From: Nemertoderma westbladi
Taxonomy: Eukaryota > Animalia > Xenacoelomorpha
Length of the DNA stretch: 56,392 nucleotides
Direction: 5' to 3'
NCBI GenBank assembly: GCA_032718475.1
Contig: JAUCBJ010003928.1
Coordinates: 1-56,392, forward strand
The notes beneath the pieces are model-generated. The model was not told the origin of the DNA and did not search any database. It saw only the letters and a list, made by a program, of their open reading frames with translations. The number at the start of each line of letters is the position of its first letter. Position 1 is the first letter of the stretch. The position numbers and the translations under genes are program-made. Shown piece after piece: positions 22,863 through 34,500 of the stretch.

Positions 22863-23170
22863 ATTTTTTTCTTGAATATCAACTTGAAATTAATATAAAC
22901 CCGGGTTGAAATTATTCATACTGTGAGGCAGAGGGAAATTTAAAATTCAATTAACAGGCGCAAAACACGGTGCAAGGATTCCAAATATGTAAAAATATGT
23001 TTCAACCCGGGTTGATATTATTTTCAACCCGGGTTGATCGTTGATATTAATTTCAACCCGGGTTGATATTATTTTCAACACGGGTTGATATTAATTTCAA
23101 ACCGGGTTGATATTATTTTCAACCCGGGTTGATATTAATTTCAACCCGGGTTGAAATTCAAGAAAAAAAT
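22863..23170. repeat. Foldback/MITE-like element with 15-bp TIRs and ~8 copies of the palindrome TCAACCCGGGTTGA (22-bp period)
   Basis: ATTTTTTTCTTGAAT (22863-22877) and its reverse complement (23156-23170) flank the array. Confidence 0.75.
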
Positions 23171-23274
23171 GTTGATCCAAACAAAAACTATAAAAAAGTA
23201 GTGAATTATTTTGGCCGCTTTCAGCCACCGTACCTACCGTATCTGATATCAGGATATAAAAATAGGCCCTTTTA

Positions 23275-24060
23275 GAATATTGGAGAATGTTGGAGGTGCA
23301 TCAATCAGATCAGTATACGATGGTTCGACAACATTTGTGTCTACTGTTGACGGTGATACTGAACCATTTGAAGTGTTATGGGGCGTCCTCCAGGGAGACA
23401 CACTTGCACCATTCTTGTTCATAATTGTGGTTGACTATGTTCTACGCATGCCCTTAGATCATCACAATGATGATGGGGTGACGATAACTCCACCTACTGG
23501 CTCCAGAAGTCGAGAAAATCCTGCCAAGTACCTAACTGATCTAGACTTTGCTGATGACTTTGGAGTACTCTCAGAATCATTAGAGGGAGCCCAACGGCTC
23601 CTCAGCTCATTAGAACATGCTGCTTCTAGTGTTGGTCTTTTTATTAACTCCAAAAAGAACAAAATTTTGACAGTTAACTTTGAAAGTCCTCAGCAAGTCT
23701 CTGATCGGATGAGCATAAGCTCAAAGGATTATATGCTTGAGCATGTGGACGACTTCTCTTACCTGGGATCATGGATCCGGAAGTCGTAAGGGAAAGGCAT
23801 GGGCAGCCTTGAATAGGCTTTCCAGGATTTGGAAGTCACAGAGAATTAATCAGAAACTTAAGGTCCGATTATTTAGAGCAGCAGTAGTTCCAGTACTCCT
23901 CTATGGGAGTCCATGCTGGGCTCTAACTGCTGAGGACACCAAATCTCTGGATTGCACATTCACAAGAATTCTACGCCGGGTTCATTGTGTCAAGTACAAT
24001 GCACACATCTCCAACCAGATACTATATAACATTGGAGGTGTTGATAATTAGGTTGCTGTA
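23275..24060 (+). pseudogene. Decayed RTE-clade LINE RT fragment
   Basis: GVLQGDTLAPFLF, DLDFADD, FSYLGSWI, KAWAALNRL, LFRAAV.PVLLYG; frameshift. Confidence 0.88.
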
Positions 24061-24173
24061 ATTTCAGAATGTACCATACTGCCAACTGCCATAGTGTCAT
24101 AGACTTAACATTCTGGTTCAAGCAACTTACTAATCTTCACTACTGTCAGACTCAGACTGTATACTGTACTTAA

Positions 24174-25774
24174 GGTGAGAATGTACCCAGTGCAAATTAC
24201 TTTCAAAATAAAGGACATCTATCTCGAAATGTCGTTGGTGGTTTCATCTGAAATTTTTACACAACGTTTATGTCGTCAGTCTTGGGGTAATCTGGTACTA
24301 AACGTTTTCACAGGGTACCAATTTTTCGTATAATATTGCACTTTTTGTGATCTTAAATGTTACTTTTCAGAAAAAATAAGATATTTTTATTTAAAAAAAT
24401 TATGTTAAATAATTATTTATTACATGGGAAAAAAAGTATAACTTTTTTCATTATTCTCGAGGCATTTTATCAGCAAGGTTAATAAAGGTCGAGAGAATAT
24501 TGTTATATATATATATGTTAAAATATTTTAGTCTTCTCGAATATTTATTACGTAACTAGAGAGCCGCTTAACTACATAAACCAATATTGGATATTGAGTT
24601 CCGTTTTGGAGTTCGCCTTGCAGACACTATAGTTGCAATAACTTTTGAGTTTGTGAATGGATTTTGCTCAAATTACTTCCAAACCTTTTCTATGTCGATG
24701 CTCTTTCAATATATGTAATATAATTTAAGAAATTCCACCAAAAATATTTTACTTTAATTTTTTCGCCGGGAAAAAAATTTAAATCAATGCAATCCTTCTG
24801 ATTACCTTTTTTCCCTAGGGAAAAAAGTGAAACTTTTTCTCCCGATTTTGGGGTATATTCGAGCGAAAAGGTAACAATTTAAGAATAAAAAAGAATAAAA
24901 GATGTTAACTTATTATGATTGCCTAGATTCTAGCACCAAACACGGTGGGGATATTAATAGAGTACCACATAAAATTTCAGTCAATTTCATCAAGCCGTTC
25001 CCGAGAAATGTGTACCTTCAAAACCTGTTACCTGCAAAAGACACAAAAAAGTAAATGCTGAGAAAAACCCCTTTAAAGTTTTCAAATCTTCCCGCCAATT
25101 TTATGTAAATGACGGAATTTTCAAAATATAAGGTTAGTTCTTAATTTCTGCCAAATTATAAGGAGGCACACCAGCTATCTAAGATTTCCGATATGAGGGT
25201 TTTCATGGTCGCTGTTTTCATTTCTGTTATCAGTTTTAAAGTTTGACATAATCTAGACTGTCGGTCTGCGTGTATGTTGTCTGTCATTCTGTCAGTCAAA
25301 ATATAAAAAAGGACACTGCATCAATAAAAACAATTGCACTGTACCGAAACGGGGTTTTACTGGACGCTGATATCATTTATGACGTCGACGTCAGTTTTGA
25401 TGTTTGATAAAATCTCGGCTGTCTGTATGTCTGTCTGTCTTGTCTGTCTGTATGTCCATCAAAATATAAGGAAGCACTCTACAAACAGACAAACATACTA
25501 GATTCCGTCAAATATCAAAAATGACACCAGAATTGAAAACACCGAGTAGGAAAACCCCAGAGCGATAAATTGAATTAGGTAATATGTTTCCTTATATAAA
25601 ATGTTAAAAAATAGTCCGTTGTGTAAAAAAAATACCGTGCCTTAAAACAATACGTAAGTCGAAATCAAAAATAGATATTGGAAAACGGTTTTTTCCCGGA
25701 AATTACATCAAATTTGGCATTTAATTCCAACATAAAAAATCAATTTTTTTAAACCCCCTAAGGTACATTCTACC
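24174..25774. mobile_element. Non-autonomous TIR DNA transposon, Kolobok-like (TTAA TSD, GG...CC ends)
   Basis: TTAA|GGTGAGAATGTACC ... GGTACATTCTACC|TTAA; no ORF; an internal segment (24540-24730) recurs at 225-440. Confidence 0.6.
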
Positions 25775-27187
25775 TTAAATTTTACATAATAAATATAGGT
25801 ACTAAACTAAACACTACCCTACATAACTGCACTTAGCCTATGGCCTTATCAATCAATTCAAACAAACATAAGAATGTAATCTTGAAAATGATGCACATTC
25901 AATGTGCCTAAAATAGGTAATCAATTTGTTGTGATCTCCACTGCATGATCTCGCAAATATTATAGCTAGAGTATAAGGTAGTCCTGACATTTTCCTATCG
26001 TTTTCAACTGTATGGTAAGACGTTTTTATTGATAATATGCCCACCTGCTGGCAGTGTTTGTTGGAACTATAGATACAGTACACCGTCCTACCAAACTAAT
26101 TTAACTGCACGCTTTATTTATGAGAGAACAGAGCATATAGCCATCAAGGGAGGCCTGAATCAGCACTGCAATAGTTGGATTATTGATGGTGAATTTTAAT
26201 TTCATCTTTCTGGTTCTGGATATTCCATAAGAATATCGAAATTAGAGACGGGGGCGGGGGGGGGGGGGGGACTGGAGGCAATCCCATATCGGCGAATTAA
26301 TATCCCGCCTCTATGTTTAATTCTCCATTTAGGGAAAGGAGCAGGTTACAGTGGCGCGTTATTCTAACAAAAACAATAAACGAAACACAATAAGACAGGT
26401 TACAGTTTTATTATTGGGAGAGAGAAATCAGCTGTTATTTGCGTCGAATTTCCCCTGGAGAGGGATGGATTTTTATTGCGTTGAAAGTCCCCCCATTTGC
26501 GTAATTCCATAAGCACCTAAAATAACATTAAATAACTGCTGAAACCCGTAAGAAGGAGCCTAAAAGTATGAGAATTTGTTGTTGAATATAGGAGATTGGG
26601 AGACTAACTCTAAAACGTCCTAACGTCCCTCGCAATATGTCTATCTCTGGTCGGTCAATATGTAACCAATGTCTTCTAATATATTTTCGTCACTACAAAA
26701 AATATCTAGAGATTTCCCTGGTTGGTGATTCCATTTCCGATGTCATTTTTACGTTAGACGGAAAATAAACTCTCAGTCGCTTATATTTTTACAGATACTG
26801 TAGGCATATAGATTACATTCATTCAAACATGAAAACTGGAGACAGGGGGGAAACTGCCAATCTTACCTTAAGAAAATCCCATCTTTGCGAATAATATCCC
26901 GCCTCAATGTTAAACTCTCAATTTAGGGAAAGGATCAGGTTACAGTGGCACGTTATTTTAACCAAAACAATAAACTAAACACAATAGAACATGTTACAGT
27001 TTTATTTTTGCTCGTAAACAGCTGTTATTTTCCCCGGAGAGGGATGAATTTTTATTGCGTCCGTTTCCCCCCTATCTGGAAAACTGACATCGGAAATGAA
27101 AAAAGTTTCATTTTTTATATTTGTTGGACAGACCGTCAAATGCAGTAGTCATGGAAACAATTTAGAAACATATAAATTATTTTTTAG

Positions 27188-27339
27188 ATCCCCACTTCAA
27201 GGAGAGCAGTTTCTCTATGCTCCGTAACGATGACTCAGACGATGACACATTATACCGGACCACCAGTCCTAACGGTAAAGCCCACACGTTGCGTGGGAAC
27301 GTCGTTGATGACGTAGACGACGAAGAGGAGAGTGATTAG
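27188..27339 (+). CDS. TMEM181: TMEM181 terminal coding exon
   Basis: tttttag|(D)PHFKESSFSMLRNDDSDDDTLY...EEESD*; phase 1 matches the upstream donor; acidic tail like TMEM181. Confidence 0.85.
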
Positions 27340-29371
27340 GGTAGAGTGCAATCCTCCAATCGCAGTAGACCCAGTAGTGTAATACTAACATATTGCTGCT
27401 ATAGTAACAAACCATGTCCAATGAACATTATTGGTGCGGTATTAGCTCATTCATAACATTGTAGTTTATAGTGTAAAGATGTATTTTTGCTGCAACTATA
27501 AAATTCCATTCATTAATGAATTAGGTTGTTATTTATTTTTCTCGTGTTTCAATGTATTAATTATGTACTTAAAGTCAATATTATATTGGAGATTGTATTA
27601 ATCCAATATCATATATTCGAAATTAACTGTGAAATTGCTCTTATGACCAATTTGACAGTTTTTAGCCGAACACTAATTTCGCATTGACTTCATATGATGC
27701 CGGTAATATTGTGTGCTCGTAATAAATGATTTAGTAGCTGATTGTCACTAATTATTATCACTGTTGCTCCGCCCGGGTTCCTGCAGCTATTATTAGTTTG
27801 TTCGTGGCCGCCTGGGTTTGTGGTTAGAATGTTTGAACGTAAATAAATAATTATTTAATCAGAATTTCTACACACAGACACAGACTTTTACAGTTCCTTA
27901 CTTACTTTTACACTTTAAATTAATTAATTTATTATTTAAATTTCATTATTGCAATTTATTACTTGTGATAATTAGTTGAAAAAATAACTTTCTCATTTTC
28001 TAAAGTTTTCCACAATTCAAAAATTGTGATGTTAAAATAGTTCCGTCAATGAGACGTAGTTATTGGATATAGATGTTGGTGGACAACTTTTTCTCGGCTG
28101 ACAAACAAACAAGCAATGATATTGATAACCGGTAAGTTCTTAAATTCATTGTCCTAATTCTTTTGATTAAATATTAATTAATTAAATTGGCACCGGTATG
28201 CGAAGGAGCAGTGGGACTGAGCTGAATGTTAAAGCGGTATCGTCTAAAAGTGAAAAACCGTTAGTTTATTTCAATATGTCGTTTTATTATATTCAATGCG
28301 AGTTATGTTGCCGTGTTCGTCATTATGTTTGTAACTCACTACTGACGCGGGGATGTGGCGTTATTTACTTACTGTTAGGTCCCACTCAATTCCCACTACA
28401 TTGTGATACGATGGACCGCATCATTCATTACTTTTTTCTTCATTTTTTTTCGTAAAGTTGTTTTTAATTCAGAATTCCAGTCAATGTGAAAGACGCTTGA
28501 TCTCTCATTCGAATTAATTAAAGATCTCCGTATTTCACGCCTGTTTAAGTAGGAATATATATACTTAGAATCAGCATTAAATTTACTTTATTTCACTGAG
28601 TAATCACTATATCGAATTTCTACGTTTATCGAAGTTTAGCCTAAATTTCAAATAATAGATGTTGTTTCCGAACCTAATAATATCTGCAATGTTTCCGGTC
28701 TTATTATTGATATGTAAAATATTATAGCATTCTTTATCATAATTAAATATTACATATGATTATTGTTTCAGGAATGTAAACTTATATTAATTGTTTTATT
28801 TTTGTACGGGTATCATTAACTTTGTAATTATTTATTTATTGGTTTAGGTCATATTAGATTATATTTATTATTTTTGTGAGAATAACCTTATCCATTGGAC
28901 GTATCTCAAAGCGATTTTAGTAAAGATCCACAAATATTAATAATTTATTGTTGACTTATTTAACGTCAAGTGTATGTATACGAATCACAATATCACTGCG
29001 CCCTGTTAGCGGGTTCGTATAATTGTACATTGTGACCCGTAATATATTATCTTTAAGAGATGTCGGCTAATGTGATAAATACACGATACTATTTAAGGAT
29101 GGGTGGGATTTAACAAAATATTATACTTTTATTGAAAACGATATCGGATCTAGTTGTGTTTCAATTTATTATTTATCAATGTGATAAAGAATTGTGTCAT
29201 CTAAATATAGCAGATATATTCCGTGTCATGGTTTATGTGAAATGTATTATTTGTGTGTGAGAGTTTTGTAGTTCAGTACGTCTAATTTGGATAGGTTGAT
29301 GGAAATGGAAGATCAGTATTTTAATTTAATATGTAAATTTTTTAATTCTCGGAAAACCACATGGTGTGCAT

Positions 29372-30690
29372 GGTGGGTTAAATTAGGGAGGCCCACAATA
29401 AACTGATCACTCCCAGAGTCCCAGTGGGTTAAATTAGGGAGGTCCACAATAAACTGATCACTCCCAGAGTCCCAGTGGGTTAAATTAGGGAGGCCCACAA
29501 TAAACTGATCACTCCCAGAGTCCCAGTGGGTTAAATTAGGTAGGCCCACAATAAACTTATCACTCCCAGAGTCCCAGTGGGTTAAATTAGGGAGGCCCAC
29601 AATAAACTGATCACTCCCAGAGTCCCAGTGGGTTCAATTAGGGAGGCCCACAATAAACTGATCACTCCCAGAGTCCCAGTGGGTTCAATTAGGGAGGCCC
29701 ACAATAAACTGATCACTCCCCGAGTCCCAGTGGGTTCAATTAGGGAGGCCCACAATAAACTGATCACTCCCAGAGTCCCAGTGGGTTCAATTAGGGAGGC
29801 CCACAATAAACTGATCACTCCCAGAGTCCCAGTGGGTTCAATTAGGGAGGCCCACAATAAACTGATCACTCCCAGAGTCCCAGTGGGTTAAATTAGGGAG
29901 GTCCACAATAAACTGATCACTCCCAGAGTCCCAGTGGGTTAAGTTAGGGAGGCCCACAATAAACTGATCACTCCCAGAGTCCCAGTGGGTTAAATTAGAG
30001 TGGCCCACAATAAACTGATCACTCCCAGAGTCCCAGTGGGTTAAATTAGAGTGGCCCACAATAAACTGATCACTCCCAGAGTCCCAGTGGGTTAAATTAG
30101 AGTGGCCCACAATAAACTGATCACTCCCAGAGTCCCAGTGGGTTAAATTAGAGTGGCCCACAATAAACTGATCACTCCCAGAGTCCCAGTGGGTTAAGTT
30201 AGGGAGGCCCACAATAAACTGATCACTCCCAGAGTCCCAGTGGGTTAAATTAGGGAGGCCCACAATAAACTTATCACTCCCAGAGTCCCAGTGGGTTAAA
30301 TTAGGGAGGCCCACAATAAACTGATCACTCCCAGAGTCCCAGTGGGTTAAATTAGGGAGGCCCACAATAAACTGATCACTCCCAGAGTCCCAGTGGGTTA
30401 AATTAGGGAGGTCCACAATAAACTGATCACTCCCAGAGTCCCAGTGGGTTCAATTAGGGAAGCCCACAATAAACTGATCACTCCCAGAGTCCCAGTGGGT
30501 TAAATTAGGGAGGCCCACAATAAACTGATCACTCCCAGAGTCCCAGTGGGTTAAATTAGGGAGGCCCACAATAAACTGATCACTCCCAGAGTCCCAGTGG
30601 GTTCAATTAGGGAGGCCCACAATAAACTGATCACTCCCAGAGTCCCAGGGGTTCAATTAGGGAGGCCCACAATAAACTGATCACTCCCAG
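29372..30690. repeat. 51-bp minisatellite, ~26 copies
   Basis: Unit GTGGGTTAAATTAGGGAGGCCCACAATAAACTGATCACTCCCAGAGTCCCA. Confidence 0.97.
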
Positions 30691-31549
30691 TAGGTTATTT
30701 TGACAGTGGATTCTATTTACCGCGGTGTACTCCTTATGGCTTGATGAGAAGTTAAACAATATCCATATTTTTATATAAATGGACGAAAATTATTTATTAG
30801 ATCTATCTTAGCGCAAATTGGTCCATACGAAATCTAGTTGTGTTTATTGTTTTGATTAGAAAACACCGCCACTGTAACCTGATCCTTAATTTTTATAATT
30901 AATTTTTTAAACCCACTAAACACATCTAGTTGGTGTTTGCGACTATTTTGATCCATTAACTCGATTTTTTACAGTAATTCCTTGTGTTGTCTAAATATTG
31001 TAATTATATGTTATCAATTATTATTGTGTTGTACTTTTGATCGATCGTACTTGTGTATCATTGTTTGTTCTATCGGTAAATAATAATGGTAGCTGGGTGC
31101 TGAATAAATCGTGACTTTGTATATAATCTGTGGTCATCGTTCCTTTACTTAATATCGTACGCACAACGAGATACCGTGCGGCTTGGCTTCCCTTGGCATT
31201 TGACTTCGGACGCGAATAAGATATTATTGTGGGGCAGCTTAGCGAAAAAATTGTTACTACATGGCAACAGTTTGTTTTATATACGTGGGAATATATCTGA
31301 CGAAAATCCCTTACCCAAAAACATATGTGTATGAAACAGATAGTCCGGCAGATATTGCATTACACCTTAAGTTTAGGCCGCCTAGTATGGCGTGGGTCGG
31401 AATTTTTAGTACAATATAATGGAATATAATGATAAAATATATCATGAGATAACATACGATCAATATCATAAAATATAATGAATAAAAAGTACCGTAATTT
31501 TAGGTTTATGTTTTATAAAATAAAATTTATTCATCCTATTAGTGGTCAT

Positions 31550-34500
31550 CTAGAGAGAAATTGGGCTGTTTCCATAGTAACGGGTTATCATATCCCTGGG
31601 AGGTAACTTGGGGAAGGATTTCTCCCAGTTTCCTTTATTCCGTTCTGCTTGTGTTGGTGGCCGTACGCGGGAATCTAACGGCGTGCGGTATATCACTTTC
31701 TTAGTATAATTCACCTACAAAAGTTAAATATTTTCTCACAAACAAATCAAAATTAATCGAAAGGTCAATTCCAACAGGCAACTTAAATAAACTTTTACTT
31801 TGTTTAGTTGTTTTCAACTTTACCTGTTTTTGAACAGTACTTGGCTGGTGGGTTGACTCCCATAGCACTAGACCCTGCTTGCTCTGACAGTGGGGACATG
31901 TGATCTCCTTGTTTATTGCCTTGCCAATGGAGACTGGGTGTCCATTTCTTCGGGCTTTCATTATTGGAATATCTCCCTTATTATTTGTTATTTCTAACCT
32001 GTAACAAATTATATTAGTTTTATTAGCAACTTCCAATATTATTTTGCACCTTCTGTGTTCTATAAATGCGGGCTAGCTCAGTTGATTGAGCGCCGGGCCT
32101 GCAATCTATTGGTTGTAGGTTCAGGCCCTCCCGGTTCCACTCAACCTTTCATCGATAAAATGAGTACCAATATAATTACTGGGATCAAAAACAAGGGATA
32201 TGAGTAGCGTCCACCCCAACCCTCGGGTAGCAGCTATCGAAAGAGGAGCCTTCGGGTCGCCTCCGGTCGGCTCCGGGCCGCCTTTGGGTCGGCTCCGGGC
32301 CGCCTCCGGGTCGGCTCCGGGCGCCTTCGGGTCGCCTCCGGGTCGGCTCCGGGGCGCCTTCGGGTCGCCTCCGGTCGGCTCCGGGCCGCCTCCGGGTCGG
32401 CTCCGGGGCGCCTTCGGGTCGCCTCCGCGTCGCCTTCGGGTCGCCGCCGGGTCGCCTCTGCGTCGCCTCCGGGTCGCCTTTGGGTCGCCGCCGGGTCGCC
32501 TCCGCGTCGCCTTCGGGTCGCCGCCGGGTCGCATCTGCGTCGCTTCCAGGTCGCCTTCGGGCCGCCTCCGGGTCGGCTCCGGGCCACCTCCGGTCTCGGC
32601 CGACTGGTTTGCATTGTATTCTATTTAATTTTCGGTATTCTTTCTTTCGTACCACTGTTACTCATTGTCTTGGTAGTCATTAGTTTGTACCGGTGGACTG
32701 GGTTACTGGGATTCCGATGTGCAAATAATGTTGACAATCTGGAAGAGATTTTTTACAGTGAATCTGTTCAATTTCAAAACATTGTATAATTTTTAATATT
32801 TATTATTTATGTAGCCAGACGGGGCTCAGCACGTACACGGATAAAAGCCTTAAGACACTATCAGATAGATTACCCTGTTTACTTTCACTTTCTCGCCAGA
32901 CACTACTTTCGTTCCCTCTCTTTGATTTATTGGTATTTGGTTAAATTTCTTAAATACCGAGTTTGTGATACAGTAGAATCGCTCAATATTAATCTGTATC
33001 TCATAACTGAGCCTCGTGCTGCGCGAAGGCCCGACGAACGTGTTATACATCCCAAGGATTAAGTCAAAGGGTTTAATGGGTTTAACTTCAGACTGTAACT
33101 CCATCAGCCACCACTTACTGTGTCATGCGGACTGTAACCCCACCAGCCACCACTTGCTGTGTCATGCAGACTGTAACCCCACCAGCCACCACTTTCTGTG
33201 TCCGGCAGACTGTAACCCCACCAGCCACCACTTGCTGTGTCATGCAGACTCTAACCTCACCAGCCACCACTTGCTGTGTCATGGAGACTGTAACCCCACC
33301 AGCCACCACTTGCTGTCTCATGCAGACTGTAACCCCACCAGCCACCACTTGCTGTGTCATGCAGACTCTAACCTCACCAGCCACCACATGCTGTGTCATG
33401 CAGACTCTAACCTCACCAGCCACCACTTGCTGTGTCCGGCAGACTGTAACCCCACCAGCCACCACTTGCTGTGTCCGGCAGACTGTAACCCCACCAGCCA
33501 CCACTTGCTGTGTCCGGCAGACTGTAACCCCACTAGCCACCACTTGCTTGGTCATGCAGACTGTAACCCCACTAGCCACCACTTGCTGTGTCATGCAGAC
33601 TGTAACCCACACCAGCCACCACATGCTGTGTCATGCAGACTCTAACCTCACCAGCCACCACATGCTGTGTCATGCAGACTGTAACCTCACCAGCCACCAC
33701 ATGCTGTGTCATGCAGACTCTAACCTCACCAGCCACCACATGCTGTGTCATGCAGACTGTAACCTCACCAGCCACCACATGCTGTGTCATGCAGACTCTA
33801 ACCTCACCAGCCACCACATGCTGTGTCATGCAGACTGTAACCCCACCATCCACCACTTGCTGTGTCATGCAGACTCTAACCCCACCAGCCACCACATGCT
33901 GTGTCATGCAGACTGTAACCCCACTAGCCACCACTTGCTGTGTCATGCAGACTGTAACCCCACTAGCCACCACTTGCTGTGTCATGCAGACTGTAACCCC
34001 CACCAGCCACCACTTGCTGTGTCATGCAGACTCTAACCTCACCAGCCACCACATGCTGTGTCATGCAGACTGTAACCCCACTAGCCACCACTTGCTGTGT
34101 CATGCAGACTGTAACCCCACTAGCCACCACTTGCTGTGTCATGCAGACTGTAACCCCCACCAGCCACCACTTGCTGTGTCCGGCAGACTGTAACCCCACC
34201 AGCCACCACATGCTGTGTCATGCAGACTGTAACCCCACCAGCCACCACTTGCTGTGTCATGCAGACTGTAACCCCACCAGCCACCACTTGCTGTGTCCGG
34301 CAGACTCTAACCCCACCAGCCACCACTTGCTGTGTCATGCAGACTCTAACCCCACCAGCCACCACTTGCTGTGTCCGGCAGACTGTAACCCCACCAGCCA
34401 CCACTTGCTGTGTGCTGCACACTGTTAGTTAACCCCCAACACACGCGTACAGACTGCGTGCTGACTGTACCTCACTGACCTTGCTCCGTGATACAGACAG

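Noticed and set aside
29313-30416. Repetitive ORFs (GLPNLTHWDSGSDQFIV)n and a CRISPR-like appearance
   Set aside because: Products of a 51-bp tandem unit; no unique spacers, no cas genes, and stops occur in variant units.
32068-32140. Functional tRNA-Cys gene
   Set aside because: Acceptor and anticodon stems do not pair; it continues into a SINE-like body.
32121-32683. Overlapping Arg/Pro/Gly-rich ORFs
   Set aside because: Artefact of a GC-rich 11-mer repeat that lacks stop codons.
33016-34432. Cys/His-rich repeat proteins (HADCNPTSHHLLC)n
   Set aside because: 39-bp minisatellite, open in several frames on both strands with frameshifting indels; it lies in an intron whose flanking exons splice in phase without it.
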